Source of the DNA: an uncultured Pseudomonadota bacterium
GTDB taxonomy: Bacteria > Pseudomonadota > Gammaproteobacteria > Burkholderiales > JALYOK01
NCBI GenBank assembly: GCA_902826775.1
Contig: CADEHE010000003.1
Coordinates: 431,892-495,891 of the forward strand
Length of the DNA: 64,000 bases
Direction: 5' to 3'
Position 1 is the stretch's first letter, and each line of letters opens with the position of its first letter. The position numbers and the translations under genes were made by a program. The notes beneath the pieces are model-generated. The model was not told the origin of the DNA. It searched no databases and worked only from the letters and a program-made list of their open reading frames with translations. This document shows, piece by piece, positions 20,097-29,294 of this stretch.

Positions 20097-20678
20097 ATGA
20101 CCGCTCCAGTAGATCCGAACAGCGTTTTGATGACGGGCGAGAATTCTTTCATCCGCTTGAGCAAAGACGGCGGCAAGAACCAAACCGATCGTATCAGCCA
20201 TTGGCGCGTACTGTGGTGCCCCGCGGGCGCCGGTCATGCGCTCTTCGTGCAAAGCGAATTGACCAGCGGCAAAGTGAAGATCTACGGCGACAACGTTGGC
20301 GTGGTGCGTTGGTTGCAGCAGACGATTGAATCGCTGCTGTTCCCCGCATTTGCCGATGTCTCGATTCCCGTCGCCAGCGCGGAGTTCGCTCGCGCCGGCG
20401 GCCCGCCCACCAGCGCCACGGAAACGGTGATATCGAGCCACGACGAAATCGTCCTAACCTGGCATGACTTTGCCGAACCGTTCGTGCTCACCATGCCGCC
20501 CGGCTTCAACAATCGTCCGATCGGCGTGTTCAGCACCTTCTTTCCGGCGCGCGCGGCGCAAGTGGAAATGAACGGCAACTTCGCCGGCGGCAGCCCGTGG
20601 CCGGAAATGCGCGGCGACCGGCAATCAAGCAGCGCGTGTCTGGCGTGGTCCGAGAGCTGGGTAAAGCCGCGCGGATAG
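20097..20678 (+). CDS. hypothetical protein
   Basis: 193-aa ORF whose codon usage resembles its neighbours. I recognise no motif in it. Confidence 0.5.
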   Translation: MTAPVDPNSVLMTGENSFIRLSKDGGKNQTDRISHWRVLWCPAGAGHALFVQSELTSGKVKIYGDNVGVVRWLQQTIESLLFPAFADVSIPVASAEFARAGGPPTSATETVISSHDEIVLTWHDFAEPFVLTMPPGFNNRPIGVFSTFFPARAAQVEMNGNFAGGSPWPEMRGDRQSSSACLAWSESWVKPRG

Positions 20679-20699
20679 CCCTTTTTTTAAAAGCTCGGC

Positions 20700-21002
20700 T
20701 CAGCGCCGCGCCACCAGCAGGCCGATCACCAAACCGACAAAGCCGGCGATGGTGAGCGATTGCCAGGGGTGCTTGGTCACGTAATCCTCGGTCGCGCGCT
20801 TGGCATGATCGACGTGCTCATCCAAGTCTTCGTGCCATTCGCCGAGCTTGGCTTTCGCGCTTTTGAGCGTTTGCTCTAGGCGCTCGCGCGCATCTTTGGA
20901 TTTCTCAGAAAGCTCGTCGCCCTGATTTCGCAGCAGCGCTTCGACCTCGGACACCACGTCGCGCAGGCTGCGGGTCACGTCATCTAGTTTGTTGGATTCC
21001 AT
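20700..21002 (-). CDS. ElaB/YqjD/DUF883 family membrane-anchored ribosome-binding protein
   Basis: 100 aa. The body is a charged helix. The C-terminus 'KHPWQSLTIAGFVGLVIGLLVARR' is the family's anchor. Confidence 0.8.
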   Translation of the reverse strand: MESNKLDDVTRSLRDVVSEVEALLRNQGDELSEKSKDARERLEQTLKSAKAKLGEWHEDLDEHVDHAKRATEDYVTKHPWQSLTIAGFVGLVIGLLVARR

Positions 21003-21070
21003 CGCTACTCCTCAAATGAATCGCCCGAGAACCGTTTTCGAGCGCTACCCCTCGATATCTCCCTAAATCG

Positions 21071-21340
21071 TCACGGCCGCCGCGTGCGGCCGCGCTTAGT
21101 CAATGCGTTCAGCAGCAACTTCACCGCTGCCACTGCAATGATCGGCTTAACGCCGGCTTTGCGCACCATCGCCGCGCTGCGCGCGGAAAACAGCAACGCG
21201 CCCACGCCCGCCAGCCCGCCCAGCAGCCAGCGCGAAGAAAACGGCGAACGCTGCCAACTCGAGCGCAGGCCGTCGCGCTCAGCGCGAATCTCGCTGCGCA
21301 ACTGCTCGAGCCGGCGGCACAAGGCTTCGCGCTCGTTCAT
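21071..21340 (-). CDS. YqjK-like small membrane protein
   Basis: 'MNEREALCRRLEQLRSEIRAERDGL...' resembles E. coli YqjK in layout. The ATG lies 4 nt after the upstream gene's stop. Confidence 0.55.
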   Translation of the reverse strand: MNEREALCRRLEQLRSEIRAERDGLRSSWQRSPFSSRWLLGGLAGVGALLFSARSAAMVRKAGVKPIIAVAAVKLLLNALTKRGRTRRP

Positions 21341-21344
21341 GGCG

Positions 21345-21710
21345 TTAGGGCTGAGCGGCAAACGCCTGGAACACGTGGCGGCGCGTCAGCGGCAAATCGA
21401 CCTTGCGCGCCAGCCGCCACGCCGAGAATACGGCAACGAGTACGCACAACAATTGCACGCCGGCTGCAATGAACAAACCTTTGGCGATATCAGCCGAGGC
21501 AAAGACGAAATACGCCACCGCGCCGGCCACCGAACAAATTACCGTGCCGACGCCGAACCAACCCGCCACGAACACGACCACCAATAACACGATGACGCGC
21601 ACGATCACCTGGCGCAGTTCCAGCGTCATGAGTTGCCCGCTCAGCGCCGCGAACTCGCGATACTTGGCGAGCAACCCCAGCAACTGCTCGCGCATCGACA
21701 TCTTGCTCAT
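21345..21710 (-). CDS. phage-holin-family / YqjE-like (DUF1469) membrane protein
   Basis: 121 aa with two TM helices: 'VIVLLVVVFVAGWFGVGTVICSVAG' and 'LFIAAGVQLLCVLVAVF'. It is the first gene of the yqjE-yqjK-elaB-like run. Confidence 0.6.
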   Translation of the reverse strand: MSKMSMREQLLGLLAKYREFAALSGQLMTLELRQVIVRVIVLLVVVFVAGWFGVGTVICSVAGAVAYFVFASADIAKGLFIAAGVQLLCVLVAVFSAWRLARKVDLPLTRRHVFQAFAAQP

Positions 21711-21722
21711 GTTGGCTCCGTT

Positions 21723-23390
21723 CTACTCAAGTTGCTTGGCCTGTTCGCGCAGCACAAATTTCTGGATCTTGCCGGTCGAAGTCTTAGGGATCGGTCCGAA
21801 AACAACAGTCTTCGGCACTTTGAAGCGCGCCAAGCGCGAGCGGCAAAACTCGATCATCTCCGCTTCGGTGGCTTGCGTGCCTTCTTTCAATTCCACGAAC
21901 GCGCACGGCGTCTCGCCCCATTTTTCGTCGTGGCGCGCAACCACCGCTGCCAGCATCACTGCGGGGTGACGATGCAGTACATCTTCGACTTCGAGCGAGG
22001 AAATATTCTCGCCGCCCGAGATGATGATGTCCTTGGACCGGTCCTTGATCTTCGCGTAGCCGTCCGGATAGCACACCGCCAAGTCGCCGCTGTGGAACCA
22101 GCCGCCGGCGAACGCGTCCGCCGTCGCCTTCTTATTCTTGAGGTAGCCCTTCATGGTCATGTTGCCGCGAAAGAAGATCTCGCCCATGGTTTCGCCGTCC
22201 ATCGGCACCGGCTGCATGGTCGCGGGGTCGGCAACCATCATGTCTTCCTGCAACTGATACGGCTTGCCTTGCCGGCCGTTCATCTGCGCGCGCTCCTCGA
22301 GCGAGAGCTGATCCCACTCCGGATGCTGCGGACAAACCGCCGCCGGCCCGTAAACCTCAGTCAGGCCGTAGACATGCATCAGATGAAAGCCCATGCGCTC
22401 CATGCCCTCGATCACCGCCACCGGCGGCGCCGCCCCGGCTACGAATACGTTCACTTTGTGGTCGATGCCCTTGCGCCATTCCGCCGGGGCATTGATCAGC
22501 GTCGCCTGCACGATCGGGGCGCCACAGTAATGTGTGACCTTGTGCTTGCGGATGAGTTCAAAGATGAGCTTCGCATCAACTTTGCGCAAGCACACGTTGG
22601 TGCCCGACACCGCCGCCATGACCCACGGGAAAGTCCAGCCATTGCAGTGGAACATCGGCAGCGTCCACAGATACACCGGCAGCGGCGACATGCCCTGCCA
22701 TGCCATCACATTGCCGACCGCGCTTAAATACGCGCCGCGGTGGTGCGTCACCACGCCCTTTGGATTGCCGGTCGTGCCGGATGTGTACCCCAACGCAATT
22801 GCGTCCCATTCATCGCCGGGCAGGCGGAATGGGAAATTAGCATCGCCCTGCTCCAGGAACACTTCGTATTCCATCACTCCGAGCAGCTTATTTGCGGCGT
22901 ACTTCTGCTCGCCATCGGCGTCGCCGGTATCGCGGAAATACTGTGCATCGTCGATGTCGATCACCAACGGCTTCTTATCGGCAAGTGTCAGCGCCTTCTC
23001 GATCACCGGTGCGAACTCGCGCTCGGTCAGCAGCACTTTCGCTTCGCCGTGATTGAGTTGAAACGCGATCGCTTCGGCGTCGAGTCGCGTGTTGAGGGCA
23101 TTGATGACCGCACCCGTCATCGGAATGCCGAAATGCGCTTCGTACATGGCGATGATGTTGGAACACATGATCGCAACCGTATCGCCCTCGCCGATGCCGC
23201 GCTTGGCGAGCGCCGAGGCGAAGCGCCGGCAACGCTCGTAGGTCTGCGCCCATGTTAAGCGCCGCTCGCCGTGAATTAGCGCAACGCGCTGCGGATATAC
23301 GGTAGCAGTCCAACGCAAAAAGCTAAGCGGACTGAGCGGCGTGTAGTTGGCCGCGTTCTTCTCTAGATCGGTGTTATACCAATTGGGCAT
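21723..23390 (-). CDS. AMP-dependent acyl-CoA synthetase/ligase
   Basis: 555 aa. AMP-binding motif 'LGYTSGTTGNPKGVV', plus 'GWFHSGDLA' and 'PKTSTGKIQKF'. Confidence 0.9.
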   Translation of the reverse strand: MPNWYNTDLEKNAANYTPLSPLSFLRWTATVYPQRVALIHGERRLTWAQTYERCRRFASALAKRGIGEGDTVAIMCSNIIAMYEAHFGIPMTGAVINALNTRLDAEAIAFQLNHGEAKVLLTEREFAPVIEKALTLADKKPLVIDIDDAQYFRDTGDADGEQKYAANKLLGVMEYEVFLEQGDANFPFRLPGDEWDAIALGYTSGTTGNPKGVVTHHRGAYLSAVGNVMAWQGMSPLPVYLWTLPMFHCNGWTFPWVMAAVSGTNVCLRKVDAKLIFELIRKHKVTHYCGAPIVQATLINAPAEWRKGIDHKVNVFVAGAAPPVAVIEGMERMGFHLMHVYGLTEVYGPAAVCPQHPEWDQLSLEERAQMNGRQGKPYQLQEDMMVADPATMQPVPMDGETMGEIFFRGNMTMKGYLKNKKATADAFAGGWFHSGDLAVCYPDGYAKIKDRSKDIIISGGENISSLEVEDVLHRHPAVMLAAVVARHDEKWGETPCAFVELKEGTQATEAEMIEFCRSRLARFKVPKTVVFGPIPKTSTGKIQKFVLREQAKQLE

Positions 23391-23585
23391 AAATTACCTA
23401 TTGAAAATCCGCTTGCGTCAAGCACTCCCTCGCTCCGAACACGGAGTATTGGCCGGAGCAAAGGGCTGCACACAGAATCCCCATTTCAAATGCCGTCGCC
23501 TCATTGCGACATCTATTCTAATTCCCCTGCAAGATCACGGTACACGCGGGTTATAATCGCGCCGCAAAACACATAGGATATTTGC

Positions 23586-24287
23586 ATGAACAAGCTCTAC
23601 CCCAGCGCGCAAGCCGCTCTGCAAGGCATCGTGCGCGACAACCAGCTCATCGCCGTCGGCGGGTTTGGATTGTGCGGCATCCCCGAAGCGTTGATCGGCG
23701 CGCTGCGCGATTCGGGCGTGAAGAATCTCACGGTGATTTCCAATAACGCCGGTGTCGACGGCTTCGGCCTCGGCCTGCTTCTGGAAACACGGCAGATCAA
23801 GAAGATGATCTCCTCCTACGTCGGCGAGAATAAAGAGTTCGAGCGGCAATATCTCGCCCATGAGCTCGAACTCGAATTCACCCCGCAAGGCACGCTCGCG
23901 GAAAAGCTGCGCGCGGGCGGCGCCGGCATTCCTGCGTTCTTCACGCGCACCGGCGTCGGCACACTGGTCGCCGAAGGCAAAGAAACGCGCGAGTTCGACG
24001 GCCATATTTATGTGATGGAGCGCGCGCTCAACCCCGAGGTGGCGCTGGTCAAAGCGCACACGGCGGACAAGAGCGGTAATTTGGTGTTTCGCCGCACCGC
24101 GCGCAACTTTAACCCCGCAGCGGCGATGGCAGGCAAGACCACGATCGTGGAAGTGGAACACTTGGTCGAAACCGGCACGATCGATCCTGACGACGTTCAC
24201 CTGCCCGGCATCTACGTACATCGCATCGTCGTCAATGCGAAACCCGAAAAGCGCATCGAAAAGCGCACCATCACCGAGAAAGCGTAA
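23586..24287 (+). CDS. scoA: 3-oxoacid (succinyl-CoA:3-ketoacid) CoA-transferase subunit A
   Basis: 'MNKLYPSAQAALQGI...IAVGGFGLCGIPE...ISNNAG...SSYVGENKEFERQYL'. Confidence 0.92.
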   Translation: MNKLYPSAQAALQGIVRDNQLIAVGGFGLCGIPEALIGALRDSGVKNLTVISNNAGVDGFGLGLLLETRQIKKMISSYVGENKEFERQYLAHELELEFTPQGTLAEKLRAGGAGIPAFFTRTGVGTLVAEGKETREFDGHIYVMERALNPEVALVKAHTADKSGNLVFRRTARNFNPAAAMAGKTTIVEVEHLVETGTIDPDDVHLPGIYVHRIVVNAKPEKRIEKRTITEKA

Positions 24288-24290
24288 GTC

Positions 24291-24929
24291 ATGGCCTGGA
24301 CTCAAGAGCAAATGGCGGCGCGCGCCGCGCAAGAACTGCAAGACGGTTTTTACGTCAACCTCGGCATCGGCTTGCCGACGCTCGTTGCCAACCACGTGCG
24401 CAAGGATATCGAAGTGTGGCTGCAGAGCGAAAACGGCATGCTCGGCATCGGCCCATTCCCGACTGAAGATCAAGTCGACGCCGACCTCATCAACGCCGGC
24501 AAGCAGACCGTCACGACCATCCCTGGTTCGTCCATCTTCGGCTCGCACGACAGCTTCGCGATGATTCGCGGCGGCAAGATTAATTTATCCATACTCGGCG
24601 CCATGCAAGTGAGCGAAAAGGGCGATCTTGCCAACTGGATGATCCCGGGCAAGATGGTCAAAGGCATGGGCGGCGCGATGGATCTTGTCGCAGGCGTCGG
24701 GCGCGTGCTGGTGTTGATGGAGCATGTCGCGAAGAAAAAGGACGGCACTGTCGATTTGAAGATTCTGCCGAAGTGCACTTTGCCATTGACCGGCGTCGGG
24801 GTGGTCAATCGCATCATCACGGATTTGGGCGTGATCGATGTGACTGAGACAGGGTTGAAGGTCGCGGAGCTGGCCCCTGGTGTTACCCGCGAGGAAATGC
24901 AAGCGAAAACCGGTGTGCCGCTGCAGTAG
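24291..24929 (+). CDS. scoB: 3-oxoacid CoA-transferase subunit B
   Basis: '[30 protein letters not shown]...SENGMLG...GGAMDLV'. It starts 3 nt after the scoA stop. Confidence 0.92.
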   Translation: MAWTQEQMAARAAQELQDGFYVNLGIGLPTLVANHVRKDIEVWLQSENGMLGIGPFPTEDQVDADLINAGKQTVTTIPGSSIFGSHDSFAMIRGGKINLSILGAMQVSEKGDLANWMIPGKMVKGMGGAMDLVAGVGRVLVLMEHVAKKKDGTVDLKILPKCTLPLTGVGVVNRIITDLGVIDVTETGLKVAELAPGVTREEMQAKTGVPLQ

Positions 24930-25062
24930 CGGCCGCGTAACAGCGGCAGCGCACACAGCGCTTTGCCTGCTATTGCATTACTTCATACTCCAAACCCTAT
25001 ACCCTGGGAAGCGAGACATCTTCTTATTTACAGGTTGATACTCGAGCAGATAGGCTCGCCAG

Positions 25063-25746
25063 CTAGCCTTCACAGCAGCTGCTCTCGCCACGCGCGCTAC
25101 GGCGTACCGAAGCGCGCGCCGCGCGCTTGACTAAGCCGCGAAACGGGGCCGGAGCGGTGGAGCGCAGCACCTGCTGTTTGAAACTAGCCCACGGAAAATT
25201 CGCGCCAGGATCGCTGCGCCGTTGCGGGTCGAGTTTGGCGTGCGAGACGACGTGGCGCAAGTTCGGATACTTCGCCCAACAGTAGCGCACGATCTGCGCG
25301 GTGACCGCGACTTGCCAGGCGGAAAAGCGGTCGCTGCCGGCTTGGGTGTTGACTACTTCGATACCGAGTGTCCAGTGATTGGCGCCGCCCCTGCCATCAT
25401 TGACATCCGCGTGCGCTGCCGCCGCGCGCACGTGCCAGGCTGCCAGTGTTTCCGGCACACAAGCCCACACTAGCTTGCCGTGCTGCGGTTCGTCCTCGTC
25501 CGGCACCAACCAATGAAAACTCGCGCGGCCCTCGCGCATGACCGAGACCGCGCCCGCCGAACTTCCACCGGCGGTGGCGTGAATCACTATCGCTTTGATG
25601 CCGTCGATTGGATGCACCGTGCGCCGCGTCGTACAGTCCGGCCAAAAATCCCGCACACCCGGATACCAGGTCTCGGGAAAGCTCGCGTCATCGGGCCGCC
25701 CGTTGAGCGGAAGTTTGAAGTGGTAAGTCTTCGGGGCTGCGGGCAT
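25063..25746 (-). CDS. N-acetylmuramoyl-L-alanine amidase (Amidase_2 / AmpD-PGRP fold)
   Basis: 'IKAIVIHATAGGSSAGAV...ASFHWLV...AWHV...NHWTLGIEV...HVVSHAKLDPQRRSDPG'. I place the start at the ATG preceded by AAGGAG with a 5-nt spacer. Confidence 0.75.
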   Translation of the reverse strand: MPAAPKTYHFKLPLNGRPDDASFPETWYPGVRDFWPDCTTRRTVHPIDGIKAIVIHATAGGSSAGAVSVMREGRASFHWLVPDEDEPQHGKLVWACVPETLAAWHVRAAAAHADVNDGRGGANHWTLGIEVVNTQAGSDRFSAWQVAVTAQIVRYCWAKYPNLRHVVSHAKLDPQRRSDPGANFPWASFKQQVLRSTAPAPFRGLVKRAARASVRRSARGESSCCEG

Positions 25747-25918
25747 GGTGGCTCCTTGGGCAGAAATTGCCGCGACGTGTAGCCACATTAACAAAGTCGG
25801 CACAGCCGCGCCACCCACAACAAACGGCCGCAGGACTCGCTACAACGACTCCTGCAGTACGCGCTGCACTGTGATCGAACGACTAGCTTGCCAGTCTGGC
25901 AAGGGCCCTACGCTGCGA

Positions 25919-26425
25919 TCAGGACGCGAGCTCTGCGAGCTGTAGCACGCCTTGCAGCGCGACTATGACAGCGCGCTCGCGTATCGCGGCTCGATCACCG
26001 CCGAGCCGATGGGTTTGCGTGATCGGCGCCGCACCGTTTCGCGCTGCCCACGCGAAGCAAACTGTACCCACCGGCTTTTGTGGCGTGCCGCCGCTCGGCC
26101 CGGCGATGCCGCTCACGGCGACGGCTATGTCGCAGCCGCTGCGTTGTAGCGCGCCGCGAGCGAGTTCGGCGGTAACTTGTTCACTCACGGCGCCGAACGC
26201 TTGCAGTGTGGCTTCGCTCACTGCCAGTTCGTCGCGTTTCGCTGCGTTGCTGTACGTCACATAACCGCGATCGAACCAATCCGAACTCCCTGCTACAGCC
26301 GTAACGGCTTGCGCGATCCAACCGCCCGTGCACGACTCCGCCGTCACCAGCTTCCAGCCGCGCGCTTTCAGCGCCGCGCCTAGCCGGGTGCTCAAGGCGG
26401 GCAAATCAAAAGAGTCGAGGTGCAT
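25919..26425 (-). CDS. pncC: nicotinamide-nucleotide amidohydrolase PncC (CinA C-terminal domain)
   Basis: 'MHLDSF...KLVTAESCTGGWIAQAVT...GSSDWFDRGYVTYSN'. About 168 aa. Confidence 0.88.
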   Translation of the reverse strand: MHLDSFDLPALSTRLGAALKARGWKLVTAESCTGGWIAQAVTAVAGSSDWFDRGYVTYSNAAKRDELAVSEATLQAFGAVSEQVTAELARGALQRSGCDIAVAVSGIAGPSGGTPQKPVGTVCFAWAARNGAAPITQTHRLGGDRAAIRERAVIVALQGVLQLAELAS

Positions 26426-26906
26426 GCTGAACCACGGAAAGCACGGCGATGCTGTAAAGCGCGGCAAGCAAATCATCTAGCATGACGCCGAATCCATTCT
26501 TGATGTGGCTATCGAAGTAAGCAATTGGGTAGGGTTTCGTGATATCGAAGAAACGAAATACGACGAAAGCCAGCCCCCACCAAAACCATGTGTTCGGCAC
26601 CATGTATAGCACCGCCAGGAATGCCACTGTCTCATCCCAGCATACCCCTCCGTAGTCCTTCACGCCGATCTGCCGTGCGACTTTCTCACAAGCCCATATC
26701 CCGACCAGTACCAGCATAAACCAGACTAGGAGCAGCAACACCGAGGAAAACAGACCACTCAGGAACACGAACAGCGGCATCGCCGCGAGCGTGCCGAACG
26801 TCCCTGGTGCCACCGGCATTAGGCCCGCGCCAAAGCTGAACGCAATCGTATGCGCCGGATGCGCGATGACGAAATGCCAGTCGATGTTACGGCTACGAGG
26901 TAGCAA
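26406..26906 (-). CDS. pgpA: phosphatidylglycerophosphatase A
   Basis: 'HPAHTIAFSFGAGLMPVAPGTFGTLAAMP...FRFFDITKPYPI'. The start is uncertain. A TTG at 26906 overlaps thiL by 14 nt, while the ATG at 26972 overlaps it by 80 nt. Confidence 0.8.
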   Translation of the reverse strand: MLPRSRNIDWHFVIAHPAHTIAFSFGAGLMPVAPGTFGTLAAMPLFVFLSGLFSSVLLLLVWFMLVLVGIWACEKVARQIGVKDYGGVCWDETVAFLAVLYMVPNTWFWWGLAFVVFRFFDITKPYPIAYFDSHIKNGFGVMLDDLLAALYSIAVLSVVQHAPRLF

Positions 26907-27870
26907 AGTGATCGAAGCCCCTTTTTGGTAGCGCAATCTCGCGTCCGGCGGCATCGCGCACGACCAAGCCAAGTTGCGCGCTCACGCGGCCGACTCGGCT
27001 CAAACGTACACCCAGTTTCTGCTCGAGATCAGCCAACGCCTCGCGCTGCGCCGGCGGCGCGGTGAAACACAGCTCGTAGTCGTCGCCACCACCGAGAATC
27101 GCCTCGCGCACACGCTCCGGGTACGCCGCAGCGGAGCGGATAAGGGCATCGCTGCGCGGCAACTGCTCAAATTCAATCTCTGCTCCGACGTTCGAGCGCT
27201 CCAGTATGTGCCCCAAATCTGCCGCGAAGCCATCGGAAACATCGATGGCGCTATGTGCTATGCCGCGCAGCGCTTCTCCCAACACCACGCGCGGTTGCGG
27301 CAGCTCCAAGCGCTGCCGGCAATGCGCCGCAGCGCGAGCGTCCAGTTGGACATCGCCTTGCACATGCGCCAGCGCGAGCGCCGCATCGCCCAAGGTGCCC
27401 GAGACCCAAACTTCATCCCCTGCCCGCGCACCGTCGCGTCGCAACGCCGTGCCGCGCGGCACCTCACCGAGAATCTGGACACACGCAGTGTGCGGGCCTC
27501 GTGTCGTATCGCCGCCCACCAAGTCGACGCCGTAGCGATCGGCAAGCGCGTGGAAACCGCGCGCAAACTCCGCCACCCATGCTTCATCGGCGATCGGCAA
27601 CGCCAGGGCTAACAAACACCACCGCGGCACGGCGCCCATAGCCGCCAAGTCAGACAAATTCACGGCCAAACACTTGTGACCAAGCGCCGCCGGATCAACG
27701 TCGGCAAAAAAGTGGCGGCCAGCCAGCATCATGTCGCACGCCGTCACTAGCTCATGGCCTGGCGCAACGTCAAGCAGCGCAGCATCGTCGCCTACTCCTA
27801 GGACGACGCGGTTGCCCGCGCGCGGGGAACGGCTAAAGAACTTGCGAATGATGTCGAATTCGGAAAGCAT
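26893..27870 (-). CDS. thiL: thiamine-monophosphate kinase
   Basis: 'MLSEFDIIRKFF...LGVGDDAALL...HKCLAVNLSDLAAMGA'. 325 aa. Confidence 0.92.
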   Translation of the reverse strand: MLSEFDIIRKFFSRSPRAGNRVVLGVGDDAALLDVAPGHELVTACDMMLAGRHFFADVDPAALGHKCLAVNLSDLAAMGAVPRWCLLALALPIADEAWVAEFARGFHALADRYGVDLVGGDTTRGPHTACVQILGEVPRGTALRRDGARAGDEVWVSGTLGDAALALAHVQGDVQLDARAAAHCRQRLELPQPRVVLGEALRGIAHSAIDVSDGFAADLGHILERSNVGAEIEFEQLPRSDALIRSAAAYPERVREAILGGGDDYELCFTAPPAQREALADLEQKLGVRLSRVGRVSAQLGLVVRDAAGREIALPKRGFDHFATS

Positions 27871-27988
27871 CGATGGGCGGGAAAAATGACGCGTGAAAGC
27901 TGAAAAGAAATATGTCGAGGTGAATGGTGCAGCGTGGTGGCATCGGGTTGGACTTTGCGTTCACATTGCACTTTTCACATGTCACGTC

Positions 27989-28435
27989 TCACTCGCGACT
28001 ACCCGGCACCGCGGCCCGCAACCCGGCGGCCAGTTTATCCAACACACCGTTGACAAACTTATGCCCGTCGGTGCCGCCGAAGGTTTTCGCTAGTTCAACC
28101 GCTTCGTTGATGACCACCGCCGGGGGCACATCAGGCCGCTGCGTCATCTCATAGGCGCCCAGAAGCAGAATGCCGCGCTCGATCGGCGTAAGCTGCTCTT
28201 GCACACGATCCAAATGCGGCTGCAGTTGCGCGGCTAGTGCGCCGAATTGCGCAATGACGCCTTCGAGCAGTACGCGAAAATACTCGCCGTCGGCGCGGAC
28301 GTAATTGTCCGAATCCTCAAGCTGCCGCAAGATATCTTGCACCGGGGTCTGTGCCAACTGCCATTGGTAGATCCCCTGCAGCGCCAGTTCGCGGGCGCGC
28401 CGACGCGCAGATTTATGCGGCAAGGCTTTCTTCAT
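27989..28435 (-). CDS. nusB: transcription antitermination factor NusB
   Basis: 'RRRARELALQGIYQW...INEAVELAKTFGGTDGHKFVNGVLDK'. Confidence 0.93.
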   Translation of the reverse strand: MKKALPHKSARRRARELALQGIYQWQLAQTPVQDILRQLEDSDNYVRADGEYFRVLLEGVIAQFGALAAQLQPHLDRVQEQLTPIERGILLLGAYEMTQRPDVPPAVVINEAVELAKTFGGTDGHKFVNGVLDKLAAGLRAAVPGSRE

Positions 28436-28709
28436 GGGCGACGCTCAGACCAACGCGTCAAGACTTTTTTCATACGTGGCCCGCGCAGTTTTGCGCGCAG
28501 CGCATTTTCTTCTTACCACTGAAAATCCAGCAGATGGATTGCCCAGAACGAACGCGCAGACGCGTGCGCCAAATACGCTTTGCATACTCGACATGCTTCG
28601 ACATGAGTGCCCTTTTTCCGTTCAACAAGCATCAAGCTGCGTGCGCCGCCTCCCTCTAGAGGCGGCGGCGCAGCCGTGACGCGCTGCGCAAGCGCTATTA
28701 GTGTTTCGC

Positions 28710-29192
28710 TCAGGGACGATTGTCTAACGCGCGCAGCAGGTTAGCCATCTCCACCGCCACTTCCGCGCAGTCGCCGCCCTTGCTCTCGGCGCGTTGCAGC
28801 GCCTGCTGCTCGGTATCCGTGGTCAAGATGCCGTTGGCTATCGGTACGCCTGTTTCCAGTTGAACACTGCTCAGACCCGCCGCGGATTCATTCGCCACCA
28901 CCTCAAAATGGTAAGTCTCGCCGCGGATAACGGCACCGAATGCAATCAGCGCATCGAACTTGCCGCTCTGCGCCATCTTTTGCAAACACAACGCAATCTC
29001 AAGCGAGCCCGGCACAGTGAGAACAGTCGTTGCCGTCGCCGCCACGCCGAGTTGCTCGAGCCGCGCGAGACAGCGCGCCAACATCACGGAGCCGATTTGC
29101 GCATTCCAGCGCGCCTGTACGATACCAACGCGAAGGCCAGCGCCACGCAGCAAATCCGTTGCTGCAGCCGGAACCTGGGAACGCTGCGCCAC
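28710..29192 (-). CDS. ribH: 6,7-dimethyl-8-ribityllumazine synthase
   Basis: 160 aa. 'RVGIVQARWN...VPGSLEI...FDALIAFGAVIRGETYHFE'. Confidence 0.93.
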   Translation of the reverse strand: MAQRSQVPAAATDLLRGAGLRVGIVQARWNAQIGSVMLARCLARLEQLGVAATATTVLTVPGSLEIALCLQKMAQSGKFDALIAFGAVIRGETYHFEVVANESAAGLSSVQLETGVPIANGILTTDTEQQALQRAESKGGDCAEVAVEMANLLRALDNRP

Positions 29193-29294
29193 TAGCGATC
29201 TGCCCCGTTTACCAACTGCTGACAGCCGCGAACAACTCTGCGCCCGCCGGCAGTGACAACGTCTGGCCCGACATCTGGTTTTGCCATTGTCGCG

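Noticed and set aside
19809-20441. Upstream 211 codons of the 311-aa minus-strand ORF 19506..20441
   Set aside because: Only the last 100 codons form a coherent signal peptide plus CxxCH cytochrome. The rest runs through an AT-rich intergenic region and lies antisense to ORF 20097..20678.
23535-24548. 337-aa minus-strand ORF overlapping scoA/scoB
   Set aside because: This is a typical high-GC shadow ORF (Arg/Ala/Gly-rich, no motifs) opposite two strongly supported genes. I used the same reasoning for 21633..22727(+), 34763..35692(+), 35726..36778(+), 37031..38035(+), 62859..63968(+), 60353..61030(-) and the other long antisense ORFs.
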